Assembly: GCF_016432865.1 (NCBI RefSeq)
Contig: NC_067398.1
Location: 177,134,001 to 177,198,000 of the forward strand
Reading direction: 5' to 3'
Source: Antechinus flavipes
Taxonomy: Eukaryota
DNA: 64,000 bases
Position numbers and translations under genes: made by a program. Positions 12,800-24,985 of this stretch are shown one piece after another. Each line of letters begins with the position of its first letter. The stretch's first letter is position 1. Below the pieces are notes generated by a model, which was not told the origin of the DNA, ran no database searches, and saw nothing but the letters and a program-made list of their open reading frames with translations.

Positions 12800-13816
12800 A
12801 GAAAATGTGCAAAGGTTATAACTTTTTTTATGTTATTACTTTTAAAGAATAAATTTCAAATGATTGATATTTGTGTGGCTCTTGTGAAGAAGTCAACTGT
12901 TTATAAGATTATTCAAGTCTACTATGAAACGATATCAGTTGTAACTAAGTGAAGAGGAAAATACAATTGAAAATTACAAGCTACATTAAAATCAACAAAC
13001 TGTTGCTGTGAACCAATTTAACTAATCCATAGAAAACAGGCAAAGGTCTTTAGAGAGATCTGGTTAGCAATAGAAGTTGTTATAGATTCGTCTATAGTGT
13101 GATATAGATTTCTTGAAGTTGTATTATTGCTTTGAAGTAAAAAAATAAAAAATAAAAAATTTGCCAAAGGGAAGACAATGCAAGACTAGAATGCTGAAGA
13201 TAAGAAAAAAAGATTTTTTTTTACTGATGAAAATTACTATTTCATTACCTCAAACCAGTATCTGTAGTTCACCTGAGTCTTTTACATCTGGGTATCTTCA
13301 TTAGGTTGTAAACAGACAACCCAAAATCTTTAGGTGATATATTTTTTTTTACTTTTTGTAAGCCAGGAAGTCTTACTTGTATTGAAAATATGCTGAATCA
13401 TGATAAATATATTCATGTATTGCTAAGCAGAATCATTCCAGAAAGTCATAAAGAGAAACATCATTATGCCATGTCATATTTTATAAAAGGTTAAGAAGTT
13501 TGTCCAAAAAGTGAAGAAAATCATATTTCATTGCTCAGGAAATTCATCTGATACAAAACTCATTAAAAACCTAAAGGCTAAAAATCAAGGCTACACTTGG
13601 AAAAATGAGCTATTTGTAAAAAGTTAAGTTTACTACTCAATACAATGTGTGGATTCATGATGAAAAATTAAAGAATGTGGCAAAATGCTTTAAAGTCAAT
13701 GTCAAATTATATAAAACATGTGAATTCACATTTCTTAACTATGTAAAAAGTTGTAAACTTTATTGTATATCAATAAATTTAATGATTTTACTTTGTCCCA
13801 GTTAATTCACACAATG
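12800..13816 (+). mobile_element. Ancient Tc1-type (DD34E-like) DNA transposon relic
   Basis: Ordered degenerate motifs: AED.KK..FFTDE (ACT GAT GAA 13223-13231), IENMLNHDKYIHVL..RIIPE, GNSSDTKLIKNL (13538-13573), HDEKLK. Right end ...cccagttaattcacacaatg followed by TA (13817-13818). Left end not defined. Confidence 0.7.
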
Positions 13817-14189
13817 TATCTTCCATGTCTAACCCACAAACCATTATTAATACCTAAATCAAATGGGCCAGAACAAAGAGAAAAAACAAAACAACAATAA
13901 AAAAAAAAAAAAAAAACTTTCCTCTTTCTTCTAGTACAGTCCTATTCACAGAGTGCCAGATCTGAAATCATTTGTAGTTACCTCTTTGATGAGGTAACTA
14001 ATTTGTACTAGTCTAAAACTAGATACTTGTTTCCTAGGATACATTTTCCACTGAAAATATCATTAGAACAAGGCTCTCTGCCCTATTACTAATTCAATAT
14101 CTGTTGAAAACCTTGTCATTGTGGCAACTAAGAAATGAGTGGGCAGAGTTTTCTGTACTTTGAGCAAAACATTAAGTAGTATGAGATAA

Positions 14190-14198
14190 TCTTTCTTT

Positions 14199-14263
<65 letters not shown>
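14190..14263. repeat. (TTTC)n microsatellite
   Basis: Direct reading. Confidence 0.95.
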
Positions 14264-14265
<2 letters not shown>

Positions 14266-15084
14266 ATCCACAATGCAACATTACACATTTTTTTTAAATC
14301 ACCCATTTTCATGCTTACCAGTGTTTCAGCAATAATGCAACCAATGACAGGGAATGTCAGGAATCTGAAGTATTAGTACAATGAATAATCATTTTTATTT
14401 TTATTCGTAAGTCTTATTTTCTGCTTCATTACTTGTAAACTCACTATGATTATCTTTTCCAGGTATCAACCCTTCTAACCCATTCCTCAGAATTACTAGG
14501 CACTCACTAGTTACCCCAGTTTAATGGTCACAACAACCACTGTAATGATAAAGCCAAAGTCTCACTGACACATCCTGGGACTAGGAATTGTGGACTTAGA
14601 GAAATAGACAAGCTTGCAATGTTTGACCACACAGGAGGGATGAGTAATAGAAATTGAAAATAATTTAAATATAGGCAAAAGAAAATGTTTAGAAACTTTC
14701 AGAAAAAAAAATCTATCAGTGCAAAAGATAAAAAAAGAATATAAAGGGACAAATATCAAATCATCTGCCTGGAACTGTTTCCATTAGCAATAAAAAGGAA
14801 GTGGATCCGGAAACAGGGCTGCAAGATACCAAGACAGTACAGTAACCACTACTTGCAGACATCATTACATTAACACTGTGTTTCACAACACTTCACACAT
14901 TGCAGATGTCACAACACTATTCTGGAGGTGGTTTTATTCTTCTTTTTGGCTAAAGAAAGCTTCCTCCTCCCCCTGCCCCCAACCAGAATCTCACATAAAT
15001 AATTTTTAAATAAGAGGCAAAATTGAACTTATTGGTTTCTAAAAAATATTTCACAAGATGGAGAAATTTTGCTTACATCATTAT

Positions 15085-15285
15085 GAAAATGACTTTGGAA
15101 AGACACTTATGACCTGTGTAACCCTAGTCAAGTCACTTAAACCTATTTGTTTCAGTTTCTCATCTATAAAATTAGCTGGAGAAGGAAATGGCAAACTACT
15201 CCAGTGTCTTTGCCAAGAAAACCCCAAAATGGAGTCAGGGAGAGTCAGACAAGACCAAAATGACTATATAATAACAATTACATAA
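15085..15285 (+). mobile_element. MAR1 SINE
   Basis: CORE plus tail ctggagaaggaaatggcaaactactccagtgtctttgccaagaaaacccc. Confidence 0.85.
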
Positions 15286-15930
15286 AGCTACCAAAATGGA
15301 AAATTAAAATAATTAACAATTTACATCAAGCCAAGTCTTCTCTCCTTTCCACACATAACACTTATTTATTCTCTGGCTGACTGCTTAATTTCTCTTTGCC
15401 TCAGTTTTTTCATCTGTAAAATGTGAGAGGTAGATTTGATGACCTTTAAGATCTTTTCTAACTCTAAATCTATCATTGTATGAATCACCTGTATATCTAA
15501 TTACATCAGGTCTCCACTTCACAATTCACATGTAGCATCAGCTAATGGGAAGGTCAGTGAAGTGGTAATTACAGCTGCTTTTACATCCAGTTCTGGAATA
15601 GCTTTATTTGGTGTTGCCATTAGCTATACATAACATCAAATGGCAAGACAATAAACTATCTCTGAAAATTAGTAGGGTCAGGAGTATCGTGAATCCCTAA
15701 GCAACAGCTGCATGTTAAGGTGATGAATAGCAACAAGGACAGAGAGAAAGATGAAATGTAGCCAGATACCATGTAAATTCAAGCAAGAAAAGATTAGTAA
15801 TGACTTCTGGGAATTGATAGCAACAACTCTACCATGGTAACTGAGTGACTCATTTTAAGCTAATGCATTGGCTTGTAAAGTGAACAGAGAAAGCCCCTAA
15901 AGGGCTAAGAAGTTTCTTGAGAAGGAAGTG

Positions 15931-16400
15931 AAAACTGAGCGGATGCCCATCAGTTAGGGAATGGCTATAACAGTATATCAGCATTTGAATGTAATGGAAT
16001 ATTCTTTTTCTTTTAAAAACGATCAGCAGGATGATTTCAGAAAAACCTGGAGAGACTTACATGAACTGTTGCTAAGTGAAGTGAGTAGAACCAAAAGAAT
16101 ATTGTACATATCAACAAAAAGATTATGTGATGATCAACTGTGATGGACTTGGCTCTTTTCAACCATGAGGTGATTCAAGGCAATCCCAACAGACTTTTTT
16201 ATGGAGAGAGCCATCGCCTTCCAGAGAGAGAACTATGTATGTTAAACATGGATCACAACATAGTATTTTCACCTTTTTTGTTATTTGTTTGCTTGACTTT
16301 TTTCTCTCTCATTTTTTTTCCCTTTTTGATCTAATTTTACTTGTGCAGCATGATATGTGGAAATATGCTTAGAAGAATTGCACATGTTTTTTAAAAAAAA
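15931..16400 (+). mobile_element. L1 3' fragment (end of ORF2 and 3' UTR)
   Basis: ORF track NVMEY...NDQQDDFRKTWRDLHELLLSEVSRT is the marsupial L1 ORF2 C-terminus. Confidence 0.9.
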
Positions 16401-17694
16401 AAGTTCTTGAGAACAGCACCAAAGGTGTTCATATAAGGACAAACAATGTTTCTTGAGAAATAGCACCCATTTTCTTACAATGTTTTCAGCTATATATGCA
16501 TATAAGTTTTGGTAGCATTGGGAGAGTTCATTTAAAAGATGAAAAACATAAATGTGGTATATATATATATGTGTGTGTATATATATATATGCTTTCAAAT
16601 GCATCCTTTAATATAATTCACTTCCTATTCAGTCCATGATCTTCTAAAAATATAAATTTAATGCTACACAAAAATTTCCTGACTAGATGATCTCTGAGAT
16701 CCTTTCTAGCTCAAACATTCCATAGTTGTAGCTATTAAGAGGCTAAACATGAACAAACTTTCTATTTCTTTGGCAACATTATACTTTCTTGAAAGAAAAA
16801 AAAAACACGCAAAATATTACTGTTCTCGTTTTGTTAAATTGATTTTCAAAGAAAACCAATAATTCATTCCCAAACTGGAACCTTGTTTGCTAACTTAAAG
16901 CCTGAAGCTATTTTTTTTCAGCATCAAATTATAACTCCTTGAAAAACAGGATTTGTAATGAAACTGTTACCCATATTACCTATGTTGGGACAAACCATAA
17001 CACTGAAGAAAAGACAAAAGAAGAAATAACAAATCAGACTTCATATCTAAAAGGAATTTAACATATATTATTTGAGTTTCAGTGAGAGAGTTCTTTCTTT
17101 TCCCTGTCTTCCACTTTATTATTAGGCCTGATTCATTTAGAAACTAGAATGACCTAGTTTCCACTTACAGTGCCAGTCTGGGCAGGGAGAGACTTAATTA
17201 AATGTGCTCAGAATTCTTGTGCAGATGAGGATGATGGTGATCATGGTAATGTGAAAGTGGTAATAAAGGTGATGGTGTCAGTGGTGATGATGATGATGGT
17301 AGGTTTGAACTCCAAGGAATGTGATCCTCCTCCCAGCATTAGCTGATCACTGGAAATCTCATCAGCATGAGTTTTAAGCCAGCTTTGAATACTTAACATC
17401 TTTGTAAACTCTTCAGCCTCCTCTCCTATCTGATTGAAGACTGGAGGGTGGAGCATTAAATTCCTGTCAAAGTCTTCCTTTATAGAGGGCTGGACCTGGA
17501 CTCTTCAGCTAACTGTCCACTTTCTATCTAGCTCTGCTTGGTTTGAACACCATGAAAAGGAAGTCCCCATGCTAGTTACCTCTTAATGCTTTCCACAACT
17601 TTTTTGTGTGCATTATCTTTCCCCATTAGAGTGTAAGCTCCTGGAAGGCAGGGGCTATCTTTTTATTTGTATTCTCAACTTGTGCTAAGTACAT

Positions 17695-17910
17695 ATTGTT
17701 TAATCATTTTCAGTCATGTCAGACCCTTTGTGACTCTATTTAAGGTTTTGCTGGCAAATATATTGGTTTGCTATTTTCTTCTCTGGCTCATTTTATGGAT
17801 AACAGGTTTAAGTGACTTGATCAGGATTACACAGGTCTTAAGAATCTGTGGCTGAATTTGAATTCAGGTACTCCTGATCCCAGGTCAGGCACTCTGTGTA
17901 CTTTGCCAGT
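17695..17910 (-). mobile_element. MAR1 SINE
   Basis: ttttcagtcatgtcagaccctttgtgactc...ggtttaagtgacttgatcaggattacacag...tttgaattcagg. Confidence 0.8.
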
Positions 17911-17939
17911 GAGGGGCTTTATTTAAATGTTTATTGAAT

Positions 17940-18133
17940 CAAAAAATAGTTGTGCTCATGTGCAAAAATGTTTGTAATAGCAAGAAACTGGAAACTGAGT
18001 GGATGCCCATCAGTTGGGGAATGGCTGAACAAGTTATTGTATTTTGAATGTAATGGAATATCATTGTTTTATAAGAAACAATCAGAAGGGTGATTTGAGA
18101 AAGGACTGGAGAGACTTTCATGAATTGATACTA
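17940..18133 (+). mobile_element. L1 3' fragment, left part (interrupted by pogo element)
   Basis: MNVMEY..IRNNQKGDLRKDWRDFHELI, ending at TA 18132-18133. Confidence 0.9.
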
Positions 18134-19481
18134 CCATGTTTCCCTGATAATAAGACACTGTCTTATTATTTTTTTGGACAGAAAAACACCAGAGGGCTTA
18201 TTTTCAGGGGAGGGCTTATTTTAATGAACATTGACAGCAATTTTAATAAACAGGTAAATGTGAACAAAAAAAGTACCTTTATTCAATAATGATCACGTCA
18301 TCTTCTTCAACGACATTGTCATAAGTGTCCATACTCTGAATTCTGTCCTGGATGTCTTACGCCTCTATTTCCTTCAGAAGAAGTGGACCCAATCTGTCAT
18401 GTCCAGCAATATAGCTCTCTTTAAATGAACGTGTCTTGTCCAGGTAACCTGCTCGTAGTGCCTTGGTGACACAGCTGTCAGTAATTTTATCCCATGACTT
18501 CTTCACCCAAGTCACGACTTCTTGCAGACAGGGCTTTACAAAGTTTCCATGCTGATTTCTTTCCATTCTATTTTCAATGTAGTCATTGACTTCCATGCAC
18601 AAATGGTCCTTGAATGGCTTGTTTATTGCAATATCAAGGGTGTGGAGATAGGCAGTTATTCCTGCAGGAATCGTTACTTGATCTATTCTTCTCTCTGCAA
18701 GGAAGTTCTTCATTTCTTTAGCGTGGTGAGTGCTGGCTGAATCCCAGATTATCAGACCTCTTTGGTTACCTTGCATAACAAGTGGCAGCATTAAATCAAC
18801 CCACTTTCTTATAACGGCTTGTGTATACCAGGCTTTTTCGGTTTCAAGAACGTAAATGCCTGATACATGTTCAATCTTATCTTTCTTGCTCTTACTGATG
18901 ATTAGAGGTGTGGCTTTCTTTCCATCCAAAATGCCAAAACACAGGTGACCCATGCAGACAGAATAATAAAATTATGACCATCAGTCCTTCTTTTTACTCC
19001 ATCATGCCCCTCAATAATGTTTTTACCCCATCATGCTCCCTGAGTGCTCCTTCTATTCTCCATGATGCCCCCTGAGTTCTTCTTTTATCCTCCATCATGC
19101 CCCTTTTATCCTCCATCATGCCCCCTGACTCCCGCTTACATACCGGGTTTTTATGTTGTCCTGCCTCAGCTCTCCTCCGCGGCACTGCTCTCAATGGCGC
19201 CAGCAAGCAAATCACTGGGGAAGAACAGGATGACGTGCTCACTGCTGCAGCTCTGATTGGATGCAGCTCGGAGCACGGCGTGCATTTCACCTGGGGTGTG
19301 TGTGTGGGGGGGACGGTGTATACAGAGGGTACCATAATGTAGCATGTAGCGCAGGGGATCACCTTCACTACAGTAGCAATCCCAATAGGGCTTATTTTCA
19401 GGGGAGGGCTTATTTTAGAGGAATCTTACACAGTAAGGGGAGGGCTTATTTTCGGGAGGTCTTATTATCGGGAAAACACGG
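18134..19481 (-). mobile_element. pogo/Tigger-superfamily DNA transposon, internally deleted, 1348 bp
   Basis: 23-bp TIRs CCATGTTTCCCTGATAATAAGAC / GTCTTATTATCGGGAAAACACGG. TA TSD at 18132-18133 and 19482-19483. Five AGGGCTTATTTT subterminal repeats. Removing it restores the L1 motif gaattgatac(ta)agtgaagtgag. Confidence 0.95.
18357..18953 (-). pseudogene. pogo DDE transposase C-terminal fragment (DDE_1-like, POGK/Passer-like)
   Basis: 198 open codons containing LIIWDSASTH, IPAGITAYLHTLDIAINKPFK and NFVKPCLQEVVTWV. 35 residues lie between the second and third catalytic Asp. The N-terminal HTH and first Asp are missing. Confidence 0.9.
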
Positions 19482-19930
19482 TAAGTGAAGTGAGTAGGAC
19501 CAAGAGAACATTATAGACAGCAACAAGATTATATAATGGTCAACTATAATGGACTTGCCTTTTTTCAGCAATGAGGTGATTCAGGCCAATTTCATTAGAC
19601 TTGTGATGAAGAAAGCCATCTGCATCCAGAGATCCAGTATGGGGACTAAATGTGGATCGCAACATAGTATTTTCACCTTTTTTAGTTATTGTTTGCTTCC
19701 TTGTTTTTTTCTTTCTCATTTCCCCCTTTTTATCTGATTTTTCTCATGCAGCATGATAAAGATGAAAATGGTTAAAAGAATTGCATGTGTTTAAACTATA
19801 TTGAATTACTTGCATTTTTGGGGAAAGGGGAAGGAGGGAGAAAATTTTGGGATGAAAGGTTTTGCAAGGGTGAATGTTAAAAATTATCTTTACATTTATT
19901 TTGAAAAATAAAAGGCTATTTAAAAAAAAA
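19482..19930 (+). mobile_element. L1 3' fragment, right part with 3' UTR and A tail
   Basis: Continues the L1 from 18133; G-rich 3' UTR, aataaa and A run near 19907-19930. Confidence 0.9.
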
Positions 19931-20366
19931 AGAAATAGTGTTGCTGGTGGTAGTACTGTTGATAGTGATAATAATGATGAACAATTCAACTATATATGTA
20001 GAAGATGTTATCAAACACTTCTTTTGGAAAATTGTAAGATGTCTCTTCAGTTCAACTTTCTGGATGTATATTTTTTTCTTTAGCAGCTTCTTAGCTGAAG
20101 GTTAGAAGAAAGCCAGGAAAAATTTTTTATCCCTGTTCCCAGTGTCCACAACCAAAGCTCAATGTATTGATTCTTTCTTCCAAGATATCTAGTCCTGAAG
20201 ATTTAAGCATACAGAATATGATGGAAAAGGATAGAAGTGAAGATTTTGCAGAACTTTGTTTACCATGAGATACACATGGTCAATAAATGCTTTTTCATTA
20301 TACCTAAAGAAATGAAATTGTTTTCTTTAACTTCCTTAGAGTTTCCTTTTTCATTCAGATATAAAT

Positions 20367-20540
20367 NNNNNNNNNNNNNNNNNNNNNNNNNNNNNNNNNN
20401 NNNNNNNNNNNNNNNNNNNNNNNNNNNNNNNNNNNNNNNNNNNNNNNNNNNNNNNNNNNNNNNNNNNNNNNNNNNNNNNNNNNNNNNNNNNNNNNNNNNN
20501 NNNNNNNNNNNNNNNNNNNNNNNNNNNNNNNNNNNNNNNN
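20367..20540. other. Assembly gap
   Basis: 174 N. Confidence 1.
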
Positions 20541-21279
20541 TATTAATAGATACGGATACATGTTTTCAGAGGAAGGTACCAGATTACACCTTCACAAAAT
20601 TCCTTCCCTGGACAATAGCTACTAGGCAATACTACTGAAATTAGGACCAGGGGCTTGGAAGGTATTCCTATTATCAGTGCACTTGAGTACTTGGTCATGG
20701 GCCAATCTCGCTATAATGCAAAATGATTCAAACAACTGTCTCTGACCTCAAGGAACTTACATTCTAAGAGTGAAGGCAGCATGCTGACTTGTAAGGAATT
20801 ATGCAATTCACACATGATAAAAGCAAAGTAACTTTTTGAAGTCTCTGTTAGCTGGGAGGGTAAGAAAATGTCACATGTAAGATGTGACACTGGAATTGAC
20901 CTTTGAAGGAAAACAGGAATCCTTTGAGGCATTGGTAAGAAAGGAATATATATCAGGAATTGAAGGAAGATAAAGAAGTTGGAGATGGAATGTTATGAAG
21001 AATTTAAAAGTAGACTGGTTTGGCTGGAGAATATTCAGAAGAATATTCTTAAAAGGTAGGTTGGAATGCTATTATGGAGGGTTTTTAATGTCAGAGGAGT
21101 TCATAGTTTGTCCTAGAGTAAACAAAAAACTCCTGTAGTTTCTTGAGCAGGGAAGTGTTATAGTCCAGACTTGTACTTTTAAAAAATATTGACTTTCTAA
21201 TTGTGTGGAAGATTCTTCATATAAGGAAGAGACTAGAGATAGGGTGACCAAGTTGGTGAAATGTCAATATTAATAGTTA

Positions 21280-21480
21280 ACATTTATATAACACTCTAAA
21301 ATTTTCAAATGTTTTTAAAATATAGTTTCATATAATCTCCATAAGAACTCTGGGAGGTAGATATTATTATTCCCTTTATAGATGAAGAAACTGAAGCAAA
21401 TCAAAGTAAAGTGACTTGCCCAGAGTCGCACAGTAAATATTTGAGTTTAGATTGAAACTTGGGCCTTCCTAACTGCAGTT
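21280..21480 (-). mobile_element. MIR SINE
   Basis: ctctgggaggtagatattattattccctttatagatgaagaaactgaagc...gtgacttgcccagagtcgcacag. Confidence 0.8.
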
Positions 21481-22129
21481 CCAGTTATTTTATCCATTTT
21501 GCCACTAAGGTGAGAGGTATTAAAGACTTGAACTAAGACATCAGCTATGTGAGCACAAAGAAGAGTTTGAATGTGAAAGATGTTGTAGAAATAAAATGGA
21601 TGAGATTGGACAACTGAATGAATGAAGATATGGGGCCAGTTAGAGTGAAAAGTTGTTGCAGGTGTTATAGGAGAAGGATTCCCTGTAGATTTAAAAGACC
21701 TCATTGGCCCTTGCATATCTTGGCATTGTTTCCTGGATATTTAAAAACATAAAAATCTCACCCATGTAGAATCAGATACCTCCAACTTGGTAGATGTCAG
21801 ATCACACAAAATGGTACAGATGAAATGCATTTCCATATGAAATCATGGGTGGGGAGAATCTGGAGAATTTAAATTCCATTGTAAGCTTGTTACCTATCTC
21901 TTCCACATTAGGACAAAATCTTTTGATTACAATTCAATGATTCTGTATACTCATTTTGTCTTAAAATTAAATCTAAACTAACAAAATACTGGTGATAGGC
22001 CTATCCCAAATACAATATTATGGGCTTGATAAATGCTTTTTTTTATTTCAATACAAGAGAATTAGGGGAAAAAAGCAAAAAGCAAGCAAACAAAAAACCA
22101 CCAAACAAGCAAACATATCATCCCTGCTA

Positions 22130-22950
22130 TCTCTAGTTCCTTACTATTTACCTTGCAATCTGTCTTTGGGCCCTACCACTCAAATGAAATTGTTCTGTCC
22201 AAGATACCTTAGTACTTTAGTCCTAATTATTAAATCAAATTATCTTTAATCTCTTCTAAATTCTTATCTCTCATTTTTCTACATTGTTTATTGCTTGCTC
22301 ACCTCCCCCATACTTTCACCTACTTTGATTTTTATTATACTTTCTTTAATTCTCCAATTTATCTGAGTGCTTGTTCTTGATCTTATTTGCTGATTCACTT
22401 TTTCTAGTCCCTAAAATGCAGACTCTCCAGGATTGTATCCTGAACTCTCTTTTCTTATTTCTGTATAGTATCTCCATTGTATATATTATCAGCCTATAGA
22501 TTCAATTATCATTTCTATGTAGATGTTGATGTAGGTAGATGTAGATGACTTCCAAATCTTTATGTCTAAGCCTAATCTTTCTTTGTAACTCCAATCTCTT
22601 GTTGCCAAGTACATATTATATACACCATTTGGATATATTTTTAGAATCTCCAAATCAGCATCTTAACAAAACAAAACAAAACAAAATAAAACACTAATCA
22701 TCTTCTCTTCTAAATCCATTCCTCCTAAGAAACTTTTCTATATTTTAGGGAAGCCACCATCCCCAGTCATCTATGTTTATGCATATAGAGCTTATACACT
22801 TTTATATATGTGTTTTTATACACTTAAAGTCAACTTTGATTCTACCCCATCTCTCATCCTTGTAACCCAATAAGTTGAATTGTGAATTCAATCTCAAGCA
22901 TATCATTTGCTGCCATACTAAATCAGGCTCCCATCACCTTTCACCAAGAT
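22130..22950 (+). mobile_element. L2 LINE fragment
   Basis: Pyrimidine-rich L2 body (ttcaattatcatttctatgtagatg...acttccaaatctttatgtctaagcc, YADD region). Confidence 0.7.
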
Positions 22951-22960
22951 AGTGGTAATA

Positions 22961-23460
22961 GTTTTTTGTTTGTTTATTTTCAGTTTTATTTATCCTATTC
23001 TGAATTTAAGAAATAAAACAAATCTAAAACATTGAATAAACAAAACATTTGAATATGTAATAAAGTTAAGATGTCATTTTCTTTTTCTTCTTTTTTTCTT
23101 CCCTCTCTCTCCTGTTCATTAAACAAAATTATCATTATATGTCTCTATTATACACAGAGACACACACACACACACATACACATATATGTATGTAAAAGCA
23201 TTGTGTATATACATCTATTTATCAATTCTTCCTCTGGATGCAGATGCATCTTCCTTCATATGTCCTTTGTACTTAATTTGGCTATTTATACTAGTCAAAA
23301 TTACTTAGTCACTTGAAGTTATTCTTAAAACAATATTGTTCAATTGGTTCTATTCATTTTATACTTTATTATGGTTTGTGAGAATATCCACGTTTTTCTA
23401 GCTTTCTAATTCCCCTCCTTGTTTGCCATCTTTTCTCTCTCCAATCCAACCTCTGGACAA
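22961..23460 (-). mobile_element. Old L1 3' UTR fragment
   Basis: Antisense marsupial L1 3' UTR-like sequence starting at a T-rich tail. Confidence 0.55.
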
Positions 23461-23476
23461 TTACCAAAACAATCTT

Positions 23477-23636
23477 TTTTTTTTTTTTTTTTTTTTTGGC
23501 TGAGGCAATTGGGGTTAAATGACTTGCCAAGAATCACACAGCTAGGAAGTGTTAAGTGTCTGCAAACAAATTTGAACTCAGGTCCCTCTGATTTCAGGGC
23601 TTGTGCTCTATCCACTGTGCCACCTCACTGTCCCCT
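23477..23636 (-). mobile_element. Young short tRNA-derived SINE (WSINE1-like)
   Basis: Poly-T tail, body ggctgaggcaattggggttaaatgacttgcc...ctctatccactgtgccacc. Perfect 12-bp TSD CAAAACAATCTT at 23465-23476 and 23637-23648. Confidence 0.9.
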
Positions 23637-23749
23637 CAAAACAATCTTAAGGTACAAATCTATAATATTCTCTGGCTCAAAAATCTTTAATACTTCCTCA
23701 TTATCTTTAAGATAAAATCCAAACTCTTCAATCTGGCATTTGAGGTGGC

Positions 23750-24456
23750 CCCTGAGAAGTCATGGAGGATGTGATCGCCCCTTTTTTGGTGTTTTCACCT
23801 CCCTTCCTCAGAAGTTAGGGAGGGCATGACCACCTGTGTTCTAAAACAAAAGAAAGCTGGAGATGTAGAGGGCCAGAACTCTGAAAAGGTGTACTTGAAT
23901 CAAGCACAGCAGGGTGCTTATAGTTAAAGCACCTACTCAGTGTTCTCTAAACATATACTTAAAAATGTGATGTAATGATGTAATCCAGGGGTCCTCAAAC
24001 TTTTTAAATAAGGGGCCAGTTTACTGTCCCTCAGACTGTTGGAGGGCCGGACTATAGTAAAAACAAAAACTTTGTTTTGTGGGCCTTTAAATAAAGAAAC
24101 TTCATAGCCCTGGGTGAGGGGGATAATCATCCTCAGCTGGTGCATCTGGCCTGCAGGTGCTAGTTTGAGGACCCCGATTGTAATCACTCTAGTTGGCATA
24201 TACTTAATGTGATAAGGTCATGTATTAGTTCCATAGTTGGCACATGCTCAGTGTGCTGTAGCGATGTAATTATACTGAGGTATTTAAGGGAGTCTCATTC
24301 ACAGACACAGAGAAGATTCGAGACTCCAGATTCCAGACTCCGGACTCCATTTTTGACCAGCCTCGTGGTGGCTGTCCTGCCTTCATCATTCCTCCATTAA
24401 GATCAAGAACTTGGGCTAATCCTGAGGTCCTCCAGAGAGCTAGTCTGGACATTACA
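23750..24456 (+). mobile_element. ERV solo LTR interrupted by hAT MITE
   Basis: Ends ...ggacattaCA (24456). TATA-like ggtatttaag near 24280 and a gactcc-repeat R region. Left boundary and TSD not resolved. Confidence 0.65.
23986..24177 (+). mobile_element. Non-autonomous hAT MITE (~190 bp, OposCharlie1/OC1-like)
   Basis: TIR CAGGGGTCCTCAAACT / AGTTTGAGGACCCC. 8-bp TSD atgtaatc (23978-23985) / ttgtaatc (24178-24185). Closely similar to the copy at 61042. Confidence 0.85.
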
Positions 24457-24985
24457 CTTTCCATTTGGGGAATAGTTAGGAGAGAGGAGAATGATATATA
24501 TAAAACCAGCAAGCATAAGGTAAAATATGACTGAAGAGCTATGACTTGTCTGGTATTGACAAGAATTGTAAAAAATAGAGATGAGGATGGTAGATATCCC
24601 TGACATAGAGGACAGTCTTTATAACTAGTTAGAGAAAAGAAAGGAATGATTTCTAGGAAGAAAGAGTCATTCCCTTTGTTAGCGTCAATAAAAAGATGTA
24701 AGGAAATAAAGCTGGACCCTAACTTTTGACTAAACTGCAATTTTTGTCTATACCAGACAAGTTTTAATTCTTCACTTATACTTTATCTTATACTGTTTAC
24801 AGCATCCTCTCTTTCCCAACAATATCATGAACTTGTGGGGAAAGTTTTATGCTTTTATAAATTTTTTACGTCTACAAATGCTGAGAACAACAAATGCTTA
24901 TGGGGGGTTAATAGGGCAAAAGGAAACTTCTTGGGATTCCTATCCCAAATATTACAATGAATTACTGAGATCTGAATTCATCAGG

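Noticed and set aside
17241-17456. 71-aa ORF
   Set aside because: Partly (GAT/GGT)n low complexity; no recognisable homology and no convincing splice signals.
18995-19130. CRISPR-like repeat-spacer pattern (also ERV leader 62330-62402)
   Set aside because: Short degenerate tandem units inside eukaryotic transposons, with no unique constant-length spacers and no cas genes.
18994-19488. Several overlapping ORFs (124, 70, 81, 75 aa)
   Set aside because: They lie in the GC-rich, repeat-containing non-coding end of the pogo element, where stops are scarce. No recognisable domain.
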